64,000 nt of DNA from Polyangiaceae bacterium (GTDB lineage: Bacteria > Myxococcota_A > Polyangia > Polyangiales > Polyangiaceae). The stretch spans positions 1-64,000 of the forward strand of contig JBNKBE010000020.1 in NCBI GenBank assembly GCA_050287085.1. Direction: 5' to 3'. This document shows, in pieces, positions 30,035 to 39,515 of this stretch. The notes beneath the pieces are model-generated. The model searched no databases, was not told the DNA's origin, and saw nothing but the letters and a program-made list of their open reading frames with translations. Numbering within the stretch: the stretch's first letter is position 1; each line of letters begins with the position of its first letter. Made by a program: the position numbers and the translations under genes.

Positions 30035-31006
30035 ATGAGTCACGGCGCGCGTCACTCGGTATTTGTGGACGGACAGGCTGGCACCACCGGCCTACAGATC
30101 GTTGAACGGCTCGAACGCAGGGATGACATCCAGCTGCTAGCCATTTCGCCGGAACTCCGGAAGGATGCGGCGGAGCGGGCCCGGTGCATCAACGCAGCAG
30201 ATTTCGTCATCTTATGCCTGCCCGACGCGGCGGCGCGTTCAGCGCTTTCGCTGGTCCGGGACGACAATCTGCACACCCGAATCCTGGACGCTTCAACTGC
30301 ACATCGAACGGCCCCCGATTGGGCGTACGGCATTCCCGAACTATCTCCGCAACAGCGCGCGCTAATCGCCAGTGCGCAGCGCGTCGCTGTACCCGGGTGC
30401 CATGCAAGCGGCTTCGCGCTCCTGGTCTATCCCCTGATCCAAGCTGGCCTTCTGAGTCGCGACGCACTGCTGTCGGTTCACTCGATCACGGGCTACTCCG
30501 GCGGTGGCAAACAGATGATCGCCGACTACGAAGCGCCCGAAGCGAGCCCGAGTTTGCGTGGCTCCCGCCCCTACGCACTCGCGCTCGATCACAAACACCT
30601 GCCCGAGATGCAATGCGTCACCGGCCTGGCTAGTCCCCCTGTGTTCCAGCCCATCGTGTGCAACTTCTATCAAGGCATGATTGTAAGCGTGCCGCTGCAC
30701 TGCGGTCAGCTCAGCCCCTCCGCCGCGAACACCCCGGCGCAGGCCCAAGACGTCCATGCTGCGCTGAGCGCTCACTACACAGCTAGCCGCTTCGTTCGCG
30801 TGAATCCCTTCGAAACGTCTCCGAGCGTAGGACCGCTCGATCCACAAGCCAACAACGGTACCAATCAAGTGGATCTCTTCGTCTTTGGGGCACCGGGGCG
30901 AATGATGCTGTGCGCGCGCTACGACAATCTGGGCAAGGGCGCCTCGGGCGCTGCGGTTCAATGTCTGAACCTAATGCTTGGCGTGGACGAAGCGACCAGC
31001 CTCTAG
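30035..31006 (+). CDS. argC: N-acetyl-gamma-glutamyl-phosphate reductase (type 2)
   Basis: VFVDGQAGTTGL, DASTAHR, PGCH, TGYSGGGK, HKHLPEM, DNLGKGASGAAVQ. Confidence 0.95.
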   Translation: MSHGARHSVFVDGQAGTTGLQIVERLERRDDIQLLAISPELRKDAAERARCINAADFVILCLPDAAARSALSLVRDDNLHTRILDASTAHRTAPDWAYGIPELSPQQRALIASAQRVAVPGCHASGFALLVYPLIQAGLLSRDALLSVHSITGYSGGGKQMIADYEAPEASPSLRGSRPYALALDHKHLPEMQCVTGLASPPVFQPIVCNFYQGMIVSVPLHCGQLSPSAANTPAQAQDVHAALSAHYTASRFVRVNPFETSPSVGPLDPQANNGTNQVDLFVFGAPGRMMLCARYDNLGKGASGAAVQCLNLMLGVDEATSL

Positions 31007-31010
31007 GACG

Positions 31011-31105
31011 AGCTTTGATCGGAGGTGCGGGAAGCGAGCTTGCTCGCGCCCTGCGTCGCCGAGGACTTGGCAAAGCCAGTCGGATAGTTCCGGACCGACT
31101 ATCAA
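31011..31105. repeat. Composite intergenic element: repeat A copy 2 (31011-31043) plus repeat C copy 2 inverted (31086-31105)
   Basis: Matches 12594-12626 and 23616-23635. Lies between convergent argC and M15 peptidase genes. Confidence 0.8.
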
Positions 31106-31121
31106 GCAATCAAGCTTGCTT

Positions 31122-31760
31122 CTAGGGCCGCTCCGTCGACCCCGAAGCCGCCGCCGCGGGACCCAAGGGCAGCGGCTTCTCAAAATGATGCCAGTCCTTC
31201 AGCTGCACGAAGTTGCCCCCCCAACGCCAGCCACGCCGACAGAAGGCTTGTACCGCGGGACTCTGCGCGGCAAGCATGCCAGGCTCCAGCGCCGCCCCAC
31301 GCGACCGGTCGATATCAGCAAATGGATAACCGCTCGGCGGCAGCACCTGAGCGCCCCGCACATACGGATTGAGGCGTGGATTGATGTCGATGGCACGCCC
31401 CAATCCGTGGGCGCTGAGCTCCGATGAACCTCCCACCTTCAGGCGGCAATTGAACGCGGAGGTATTGTTGTCGTTCATCGACGCGTTGTCGTCACCGCCA
31501 TACTCACACACCGGTCGCATCCGCTCTATGGGAAAACCGAGCGCATACAAGTCGCGGAAGATCGCCACTACCTCTGAGGCCAAAGGCTGGGCCACTATGA
31601 GGCAGCCCGTACGATCTCCGCCCGCAAAGTCCCGATGGGTAAGCTCCAGCTCACACAGCTCCGAACGCGACGGACAAGGTAAGACGGAATGCCAGCTGCG
31701 ACCGTTCATGCAATGCCAGCGCGCATCACTCACCTCCCGGATCTCAAAGCGAAACATCAT
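31122..31760 (-). CDS. M15-family zinc metallopeptidase (D-Ala-D-Ala carboxypeptidase-like)
   Basis: FPIERM, NNTSAFNCR, SAHGLGRAIDINP, WRWGG, KDWHHFEK. Overlaps the recJ 3' end. Confidence 0.88.
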   Translation of the reverse strand: MMFRFEIREVSDARWHCMNGRSWHSVLPCPSRSELCELELTHRDFAGGDRTGCLIVAQPLASEVVAIFRDLYALGFPIERMRPVCEYGGDDNASMNDNNTSAFNCRLKVGGSSELSAHGLGRAIDINPRLNPYVRGAQVLPPSGYPFADIDRSRGAALEPGMLAAQSPAVQAFCRRGWRWGGNFVQLKDWHHFEKPLPLGPAAAASGSTERP

Positions 31761-33438
31761 CGGACTCCACCGATCTCAAGTACAACTCAAAGGGAGCAGC
31801 ACCGGGATAGTGGTTCTTGCGCAGATCACCCAACACCCGCACGCGACCGATCAGCTCGGAAGCACGTGACCCGAGGCCGGGACCAAAACCGCCCAGACGA
31901 CGACCGTCGTCGAGAGTTAGCTCGAGTTTGAGATGGCCCCCTTTGACCTCGCGTGCGACAGCGACTTGACCCTCAACACTCAATTCGGGTCTGGGATTGC
32001 CTTCGCCGCAGGGCTCAAGTCGATGCAGATCGGCCAAGACCCGCTCGAAAGGCTCAGTCGTCAACACAACCGGCATCGGTTCAGGAGCCTCCGTGTTCGC
32101 GGCCCAGGTGGCCCGCACGGCGGCCGGAAAGCGAGCCCGAAAGGTAGCAAGCCGGTCGTGGGCGAGCGTCAACCCCGCAGCAGCCTGGTGACCGCCAAAG
32201 CGTTCGAGACAATCGGCCACCTGTTGCAAAGCTGAGTAAAGACGAGAGCCGCGCGGCGCCCGCACCGAACCGCGTCCCACCCCGTCTTCGAAACCAATCA
32301 CCGCAACCGCCCGGCCGTAGCGCTCCGCGAGCCGGCCCGCTACGATCCCGACAATACCGTGGTTCCAACCCTCCCGCCCGACGACAATAGCGTCGTCGGA
32401 AGCGTATCCATGGGCCTCTATCTCTTCGATAGCTGCCGCGACCATCGCTTCCTGCTGTTCGCGGCGCGTCGCGCTCGCCTGGAGCACGGCCTGGCATAGC
32501 TGCTGCGCCCGCTCCGGATCTCGCTCTGTGAGCAGGTGCAGCGCCAGATCGGGAGCCCCCAAGCGCCCCGGTGCGTTGAGCTGCGGAGCGATGCGAAATG
32601 CTACGTCGCGTCCCGTGAGATATGTCTCCTGATCGAGCTTCAGCTGCGTCAGCAAAGCACGCAGTCCGGGCCGTGGCGTCGCCGCCAAGACGGCCAGCCC
32701 TGCCCGCACCAACACGCGATTGTCGGACGTGAGTGGCGCAACGTCGGCAATGGTTCCGATCGCCACCAGGTCGAGCCACTTGCGAACGTCGAGCTTGACC
32801 CCCAGCTCTTTGCGGAGCGCCGCCAGGGTCGATAACGCCAGACCGCAGGAAGCCAATCCCTTGTAGGGGAAACCGCATTCTGGGCGATGTGGGTTCAGAA
32901 ACGCAACAGCCGGCAGCGGCTCTGCCGGCACCAGGTGATGATCGATGACAATAACCTCCACCCCCGCGGCTACCGCCCTGCGCAGCGACTCGTGATCCGA
33001 TGAACCACAATCACACGTAACCAGCAACGAGGGACGCTCGACAAGAAGCCGATCCAGCGCCGGCCCAGAGAGCCCGTAGCCCCCCGCAAAGCGGCTCGCC
33101 AAATGGACGGAAACGTCGACTCCCAGCTCCTGCAGCGCCTCGGAAAGGATAGCCGTCGAGGTGATTCCATCGCAGTCGTAGTCGCCAAAAACGGCGACGC
33201 GCTCTCCGCTGCGTACCGCTCGAGCAAGGCGTACGGCCGCAAAGTCACGGTCGGCCATCGCGTCCGGCGGGGTCAAAGCAGTTAGCCTGGGCTCGAAAAA
33301 CTGAGGTAGATCTGCGGAACCCAGATGAGGCTGGCGAGCCAACCAGCGGGCCACCGCGGGCGTCAAACCGTAACGTTCGCTCAGGCGCTGCGCACCAACT
33401 CGAAGTGAGCTATCAATAGAGGAAGTAGCCGCAGTCAT
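31744..33438 (-). CDS. recJ: Single-stranded-DNA exonuclease RecJ
   Basis: GDYDCDG, TCDCG, IDHH, GTIADV, NAPGRL, GIVAGRL, GSVR, GGHQAAAG, EPCGEGNP. Confidence 0.95.
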   Translation of the reverse strand: MTAATSSIDSSLRVGAQRLSERYGLTPAVARWLARQPHLGSADLPQFFEPRLTALTPPDAMADRDFAAVRLARAVRSGERVAVFGDYDCDGITSTAILSEALQELGVDVSVHLASRFAGGYGLSGPALDRLLVERPSLLVTCDCGSSDHESLRRAVAAGVEVIVIDHHLVPAEPLPAVAFLNPHRPECGFPYKGLASCGLALSTLAALRKELGVKLDVRKWLDLVAIGTIADVAPLTSDNRVLVRAGLAVLAATPRPGLRALLTQLKLDQETYLTGRDVAFRIAPQLNAPGRLGAPDLALHLLTERDPERAQQLCQAVLQASATRREQQEAMVAAAIEEIEAHGYASDDAIVVGREGWNHGIVGIVAGRLAERYGRAVAVIGFEDGVGRGSVRAPRGSRLYSALQQVADCLERFGGHQAAAGLTLAHDRLATFRARFPAAVRATWAANTEAPEPMPVVLTTEPFERVLADLHRLEPCGEGNPRPELSVEGQVAVAREVKGGHLKLELTLDDGRRLGGFGPGLGSRASELIGRVRVLGDLRKNHYPGAAPFELYLRSVESDDVSL

Positions 33439-33548
33439 CACGAAGGAATCCACGCTCCCGACAATTTCACGCTCGGACGCGGGCTGCAACGCTCGAGAAG
33501 ACAAAGGACGTCGGAGCACGGCTTTTCCGAGTTCGACGCTTATGGTAA

Positions 33549-34259
33549 ATGAAATTCATGATCATACGCTTCAGTCACACCTTGACCCTTTCAGCCTTAT
33601 TATTCCCCAGCATGTTGGCGGGCTGTGGTGACGATGGGATGACCCCAGCGTCCTCCGCCGGGGCCGGCGCGGCAGGCCTTGGTGGGACCGCTGGAGACCC
33701 GGCTGGCGCCGGAGGAGGACTGGTGGCCGGCATGGCAGGAGTGGCCGGCATGGCGGGCGAGGCTGGCGTGGGCGGCATGGCGGGCGAAGCCGGCGTGGGC
33801 GGCATGGCAGGAGTGGCCGGCATGGGTGGCATGGCGGGCGAAGCTGGCATGGGCGGCATGGCAGGCGAAGCTGGCATGGGCGGCATGGCGGGCGAAGCCG
33901 GCATGGCAGGCGAAGCCGGCATGGGTGGCATGGCGGGCGAAGCCGGTATGGCAGGCATGGGTGGCATGGGCGTCGACGACGGCGCTATCACCTTCGCGGA
34001 CATCCATCCCATAATGACGGCCTACTGTGGCGGTGGAGCGTGCCACGGTGACGGGGCGATTCTCAATCATCCCGAGTTCGCAAGCATGGATGCCACAACG
34101 GCTCAAACGGCAGTCGACGGCTACATCGAGGAGATCCTCATCCGAATCAATGTCGACGACTCCCTGCCGAACCAGCCACGACGCATGCCCCCCCCCGACG
34201 ACGAGCCACTGACCGACGAGGAAAAAGCGCTGGTTCAGGAATACCGTGACTCGCTCTAG
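33549..34259 (+). CDS. Lipoprotein with a Gly-X-Y repeat stalk and a small c-type cytochrome-like C-terminal domain
   Basis: LAGC lipobox and C-terminal TFADIHPIMTAYCGGGACH...RMPP...LTDEEKALV. Confidence 0.75.
   Translation: MKFMIIRFSHTLTLSALLFPSMLAGCGDDGMTPASSAGAGAAGLGGTAGDPAGAGGGLVAGMAGVAGMAGEAGVGGMAGEAGVGGMAGVAGMGGMAGEAGMGGMAGEAGMGGMAGEAGMAGEAGMGGMAGEAGMAGMGGMGVDDGAITFADIHPIMTAYCGGGACHGDGAILNHPEFASMDATTAQTAVDGYIEEILIRINVDDSLPNQPRRMPPPDDEPLTDEEKALVQEYRDSL
33729..33971 (+). repeat. Coding tandem repeat of 27 x 9-bp units (Gly-Met/Glu/Val-Ala/Gly)
   Basis: GGCATGGCG/GGCGAAGCC/GGCATGGGC-type units, read directly. Confidence 0.9.
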
Positions 34260-34483
34260 ATGATTCGGCGGTGCCCTAAGGGTGCACTCCCGCGCTCAGC
34301 TCCGGGCGGGTGACGGCCGAGCTCCAACTGCCTCACCCAACCGCCCCCTCCCCGCGTCGTTCGACGCAGAACCCGCTGGGACGTCTCGCTGGGATCACCC
34401 TCGACGAGAACACCGCCAAGTGATAGCCATGGCTCGTTCCGCCGCGATCTAGTTAGACGATCGCAGGCGCTGCCCATCGCACC

Positions 34484-35458
34484 ATGTTTATCCCCAAGAC
34501 AGTCCCGTTGTTCGTCCGCCCGGAGCTGTTAAACCAAGACCTGAGCGCTAAGACCTACGTCGTCACGGGTGGCAATAGTGGACTTGGCCTGGCGACGGCA
34601 GCCCAGTTGGCGCGCCAGAAGGCGACGGTAGTCCTTGGGTGTCGAAATCTAGAGCGAGGGCACGCCGCACTCAGCCAGCTGAAGCGCGAAACCCATAGCA
34701 CACGGGTCAGCACGCTCGAGCTTGATCTGGCGAGCTTCGTCTCAGTGCGCGACTTTGCAGCTCGCTTCAGCGCACTTCACCGGCGACTGGATGGCTTGGT
34801 CAACAACGCAGGGATCATGAACACCCCGAAGCAGTTGACGGTCGATGGCAACGAGCTTCAGTTTCAAACCAACCACCTCGGCCACTTCCTGCTAACCCAG
34901 CTGTTACTGCCCGCGCTGCTCGACAGCACACCGTCGCGCATCGTTGTCGTATCCAGCTATTTTCACTACCGTGCCTTTGGCCACCGTGGCGAAATCCGCT
35001 GGAATGACCTCAATTTTCAGCGCACGAAGTACAACGGCTGGAAAGCCTATGCCCAGTCCAAACTGGCCAATCTGCTGCACGCCAAAGAGCTTGCCCGTCG
35101 TCTCGCAGGCACGGGTGTTACCGCCGTAAGTGTGAATCCGGGATGGGTCCGCACGCAACTCATCCGCAGCTTCGCGCCCGTCTGGGCTCAAGATCACGCA
35201 GTGCGGCCGCTGCTCCGGCGCCTTGGTATGCTTGAACCCTGGGAGGGTATCCAGCCCACGCTGCACGCGTTGCTAGCCCCCGAAGTCGAAGCTCAATCAG
35301 GAGCGTTCTTCAGCCAGGCGGTGGGCTATGCCCATCCCGCCTTCGCGACTGGTGGTTGGCCCTTGGAATCACCCAGCGCGGCTGCGCACGACTCGCGCAT
35401 GGCCGAACGGCTCTGGGAGGCGAGTGAAAGTCTGGTGCAGGGCTCGACCCATACATGA
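34484..35458 (+). CDS. SDR-family oxidoreductase (retinol dehydrogenase-like)
   Basis: TGGNSGLG, NNAG, TNHLGHF, YAQSK, NPGWV. Confidence 0.92.
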   Translation: MFIPKTVPLFVRPELLNQDLSAKTYVVTGGNSGLGLATAAQLARQKATVVLGCRNLERGHAALSQLKRETHSTRVSTLELDLASFVSVRDFAARFSALHRRLDGLVNNAGIMNTPKQLTVDGNELQFQTNHLGHFLLTQLLLPALLDSTPSRIVVVSSYFHYRAFGHRGEIRWNDLNFQRTKYNGWKAYAQSKLANLLHAKELARRLAGTGVTAVSVNPGWVRTQLIRSFAPVWAQDHAVRPLLRRLGMLEPWEGIQPTLHALLAPEVEAQSGAFFSQAVGYAHPAFATGGWPLESPSAAAHDSRMAERLWEASESLVQGSTHT

Positions 35459-35507
35459 CACCCAGCTCTTGCTCGCCTGGCTCTCCGGGCGGCCTCTGGC
35501 TGGAAAC

Positions 35508-36878
35508 TCAGGCCAGCTTGAGTTCAGCCGCAACCGTCTGAATCGGCAGTTCCATCGATACGGTCTGCCGCTCGGATCTGGGAGCGGCAAATCCTTCGTG
35601 AACCGATGCGGGGATGGGCTCCAGAGGATGAACGAATTGGTTGGGTCCGCCAGCGCTGGCAAGACGCAGAGCCCTGCGCGCCTGATCGAGCAGACCTCTC
35701 GCCGAGTCGCCATTGTTTGGAAATGAGGCTCCACCGATGCAGACCGTGAGCAATAGCTCCGTCCGATCGTAGCTAAACGTCGTTGCAAACGCGTTGAGCA
35801 CGCGCTCCGCGGGACGTTCCAGATTGATCTGGTCGGAAAGTTCCTCGACGACAAGAGCAAACGTATCGTTGCTGAAACGCAGCAATGCGTCGCTCTCTCG
35901 AACCGTGTCAGCAAGCCGACTCGCCGCCATTTCCTGCAATTGACGAGTCCCGTCCTCCCCCAGGACGTCGGCGATTTCCTCGAGCGGCTGCAGCTGTACC
36001 AAGAGCAGTCCGGCGCCCTCTTCATGACGCCGCGCCCGCGAAATGGCCTGACGCAGTCGGTCTTCAACAAGCGCCGGGTTGGGGTGAGCGCAAGCCGCCC
36101 GCTGCAAGACGCGCGCGCCACGTGCAGCCACCAATCCTAGAACACGCTCCACCTCGCGGGCGGATAGGCGCTCCAAATCAATCCAATCTTGAGCGCCTGC
36201 GCGCACCGCTCGTGACGGCCCACTGGAGCTTGACTCGCTACCAACGACGACGACTGCCAGCTCCGAACGCACCTTGACCAACGCGCGAACGCTCCGCTCC
36301 ATCCCCGGATGGTCACTGACCACGACACAAGCCACGCGGCTCTGCTCCTCCAAATACCTGGCCGCCACCTCGGCGTCCGCCACGTTCTTCAGCTGGTATG
36401 CAGCGGGCAGCAAGCTGTTGAGTCGCCGGTGAATATCCTGGGTCGCAGCGACCAACAAGACCTCGGCCGCTTGGTTGGTGGGAGCAGGCTCAGACATCAA
36501 CAGTCGGCGAGAACGGATCCGGTATTGCCCCAAGGCCAGCTCCAGCGCCGCCGCCAACTGCTCCGCTGTCCAGGGCTTCTTGATCACCGAGACGTCGGCC
36601 TGATGTGCGCTTGCGTCGACGTCGCTGGCTCCCGTTACCAACAAGCAGATCGTATCTGGCTGCATCTCGCGGATCTGCTCGATCAACATCATGCCCGTGA
36701 TGCCCGGCATTCGCAGATCGGTCGCGACCACGGCATAGGGGAAATGGCAGGCGAGCTCCCATGCCTCCTCGCCATCGCTAGCCAAGTCGACGATCAGGCC
36801 GCGTTGTCTCATCGCACGGGCGAACGACCGCCTCGCCACGGGGTCATCATCGACAAAGAGAATGCGTTCTGAAGTCAT
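35508..36878 (-). CDS. Response regulator: REC + degenerate REC + degenerate GGDEF
   Basis: ILFVDDD...TDLRMPG...KKPW. C-terminal VRESDALLRFSNDTF...CIGGASFP...LLDQARRAL. Confidence 0.85.
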   Translation of the reverse strand: MTSERILFVDDDPVARRSFARAMRQRGLIVDLASDGEEAWELACHFPYAVVATDLRMPGITGMMLIEQIREMQPDTICLLVTGASDVDASAHQADVSVIKKPWTAEQLAAALELALGQYRIRSRRLLMSEPAPTNQAAEVLLVAATQDIHRRLNSLLPAAYQLKNVADAEVAARYLEEQSRVACVVVSDHPGMERSVRALVKVRSELAVVVVGSESSSSGPSRAVRAGAQDWIDLERLSAREVERVLGLVAARGARVLQRAACAHPNPALVEDRLRQAISRARRHEEGAGLLLVQLQPLEEIADVLGEDGTRQLQEMAASRLADTVRESDALLRFSNDTFALVVEELSDQINLERPAERVLNAFATTFSYDRTELLLTVCIGGASFPNNGDSARGLLDQARRALRLASAGGPNQFVHPLEPIPASVHEGFAAPRSERQTVSMELPIQTVAAELKLA

Positions 36879-37100
36879 GGCGGGGGGCTCGGGTACCGGA
36901 AGGGGCGGTAGCACTGAGAAAAACGGTCCCGTCCGAACGCCCTTGAGTAGATTTCTAGCTTCCCGAAGTTTTTTGCCGGGCTAGCCCGCGAGTCATTCTC
37001 AGTGTAAGCCCCCTCCTGAGTCGACTACCGTCCCAACCACCGCTCCCCCCGCGGAGGCCGTTCGTCACCCGACGCCGCCGCGCAGCCACTGCTACTCGTC

Positions 37101-38261
37101 TTGCGACTTGCGCTGATCACTCAGGACTTTCCGCCCAGCGTCGGAGGAATACAGACCTATTGCTGGGAGCTAGCTCGCCGCTTTGCGCTCTCCGCGAATG
37201 AGTTTGTCGTGGTAGCCCCAACCGTACCAGGCTGTACCGAAACAGACCGCGCCGCCCCTTTCGAGGTCCTTCGCTGTCCAGGAGGTAGCCATCTGCTGCC
37301 TGGCGCCCTCGCGCTCGCCCTGCCTCAACTGGTGCGTAGCCGCCAGCTCGATGCCGTATTCCATGCTCAATGGCAGACGCTGGCCATCTCCACGTGGCTG
37401 AAGCGGCGCAGCGCGCTCCAACGAGTGTTTGTGGCCGCGCACGGACGGGAGTTGTGGCTACGCCCCTTCGGCAAGCTACCGCTCTTGCAGCGCCGCTACG
37501 ACGCGGTGCGGACCGGACTGCTTCGGCATGCTGACGGCGTTTTTGCGGTTAGCGCATTCAGCCGAACCCACGCACTTCGCGAAGGCGCTCTCCCAGAGCG
37601 AACCTTTGTCGTCGGCAATGGCACCGATCCGGAGCGCTTCTTCCCCGTCGATGCCGAACCCCTGCGCCGCCACCTTGGGCTCCACGGCGCCCGCGTGCTG
37701 CTATTTGCGGGACGTCTGGCTCACAACAAAGGTGTGGACACCGCGATCGCCGCCATGCCTCATATCCTGAGGGAAGTGCCCGATGCCGTGTTGCTGATCG
37801 CAGGTCAGGGTCCCGATCGCACGCGGCTTGAGGGTCTCGTCCACCACCACAACGTCGCACGACAAGTCCGCTTCGTAGGCCGGGTGCCGGATGACGCCCT
37901 TCCTACGTATTACTCCCTCGCGGACGTGTTCGTCACTTTGTCGCGAGAGGAGCCACCCGCGGTGGAGGGCTTCGGCATCGTGTTCCTGGAGGCCGGCGCG
38001 TGTGGCACCGCGGTCATAGGCGCCCGAAGCGGCGGAATCCCCGACGCGGTACAGGACGGTACGACAGGACTGCTTGTGGCCCCGGGCGATCCGCTTGGCT
38101 ACGCACAGGCCGCGTGTCGCCTATTGATCGATTCAAACCTGAGACGTCAGCTCGGGGATGCTGGGCGCCAGCATGTGTTGGCCTGTGGCAACTGGGACGC
38201 CGCTCATGCCTGCCTGAACGGTCATTTCAAGCGCATACTCGGCGAAGCGGCCCCGGCGTAA
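37101..38261 (+). CDS. Glycosyltransferase family 4 (GT-B)
   Basis: DFPPSVGGIQTY, HGRE, GRLAHNKG, EGFGIVFLEA. Confidence 0.92.
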   Translation: MRLALITQDFPPSVGGIQTYCWELARRFALSANEFVVVAPTVPGCTETDRAAPFEVLRCPGGSHLLPGALALALPQLVRSRQLDAVFHAQWQTLAISTWLKRRSALQRVFVAAHGRELWLRPFGKLPLLQRRYDAVRTGLLRHADGVFAVSAFSRTHALREGALPERTFVVGNGTDPERFFPVDAEPLRRHLGLHGARVLLFAGRLAHNKGVDTAIAAMPHILREVPDAVLLIAGQGPDRTRLEGLVHHHNVARQVRFVGRVPDDALPTYYSLADVFVTLSREEPPAVEGFGIVFLEAGACGTAVIGARSGGIPDAVQDGTTGLLVAPGDPLGYAQAACRLLIDSNLRRQLGDAGRQHVLACGNWDAAHACLNGHFKRILGEAAPA

Positions 38262-38282
38262 GCCAGGGCCCCGGCAGCCTCG

Positions 38283-39512
38283 CTACACGACCGCCGCGGC
38301 CTTCTTGCCGCGAGTAGGACGCTTCTGCTGGGACGCCGCCATGTGGCTGAAGAAGCGTCGGTCGAGCCAATGAGTCAAGGGTAGCGCGACGTAGATGGAT
38401 GAATAGGTTCCGAGAATCAACCCAACGATGAGTGTGAAAGCGAAGTCTTTCAGCGCGCCGGTTCCCCAATAGAAGAATGCCACCAAGCTGAAGATGGTCG
38501 TTCCGGAAGTCAGGACAGTTCGACTCAGCATCTCTGAAAGGCTGACGTTGATCACCTTGGTGAAGCCAGCCCCTCGCAGTTTGCCAAGGTTCTCACGGAC
38601 GCGGTCGTAGACAACCACGGTGTCGTTCACGGAATAGCCCACGATGGTGAGCAGCGCGGCGACGGTCGTCAGCGACACTTCCATCTGCAACGCTATCAAG
38701 ATGCCAAGCGTCACGAGTGCATCGTGAATGAGGGCGATGACGGCCCCCGGAGCAAAGCGTAAGTCGAATCGAAACGCGATATAGACCATCACGAATACGA
38801 GCGCGATGGCGATGCTCTTGAGGGCCGCGTCGCGAAGCAGGGCGCCCGCTTTGGGACCAACCCACTCCACGCGTAGTGGGTCTGCCGGCACAACCTCGGC
38901 GCCGAGCGCGCTGCGCAGCCCGTCCATGAGCTGATCGCCTTTGCTCTTGAGCTCGATCTCGATCTTGTGCTCGCGCGCATTCTGCACGGAGACGCTCCCA
39001 TCCCCCGAGCGCAGCACAACCCCACCTGGTTTGGCCGCAAACTGGCCGCGGATGGTGTCCAAATCAGGGGCCTGTCGATAGCGAACGCTGATCTTGTCAC
39101 CGCCGGGGCTGAACTTGACCTCGGTGGCTTGTTTCGCCTCGGGGCAGCGCGTCGCATCGAGTTGATCGCCGAAACACAATGCAGTCTCGATCGCTCGTCG
39201 ACCAGCATCGTCAATTGCGGAGACTTCCTGGACGCGGATCAAGAACCGACGTGGCGTTTCAGCCGCGTTGACGCGGATGACGTCGGGGGACAAGAAGCCT
39301 GCCCCCTCCACCGCTCGACGGACGTCGGCGTCGTCGAGATCGCTGAGAAACTCCAGCTCGACCTCAGTACCACCTTTGAAGTCAGTGCCGAGATTGGGAC
39401 CGGGAACAAAGAGTCCAGCGATCGATCCAAGGACCAACAGCAAGCTCATCACGGCGAGGACTCGCCGCTGGCCCATGAAGTTGTAGACCTTACCTATCGG
39501 GAATAGCTGCAT
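38283..39512 (-). CDS. secF: Protein translocase subunit SecF
   Basis: GTDFKGG, VGPKAG, LIHD, GYSVNDTVVVYDRVRE, GTYSSIYVA. Confidence 0.97.
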   Translation of the reverse strand: MQLFPIGKVYNFMGQRRVLAVMSLLLVLGSIAGLFVPGPNLGTDFKGGTEVELEFLSDLDDADVRRAVEGAGFLSPDVIRVNAAETPRRFLIRVQEVSAIDDAGRRAIETALCFGDQLDATRCPEAKQATEVKFSPGGDKISVRYRQAPDLDTIRGQFAAKPGGVVLRSGDGSVSVQNAREHKIEIELKSKGDQLMDGLRSALGAEVVPADPLRVEWVGPKAGALLRDAALKSIAIALVFVMVYIAFRFDLRFAPGAVIALIHDALVTLGILIALQMEVSLTTVAALLTIVGYSVNDTVVVYDRVRENLGKLRGAGFTKVINVSLSEMLSRTVLTSGTTIFSLVAFFYWGTGALKDFAFTLIVGLILGTYSSIYVALPLTHWLDRRFFSHMAASQQKRPTRGKKAAAVV

Positions 39513-39515
39513 TGT

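Noticed and set aside
33729..33971. Possible CRISPR-like array (also considered for 43446-43613)
   Set aside because: The units are contiguous in-frame coding repeats with no unique spacers, and there are no cas genes.
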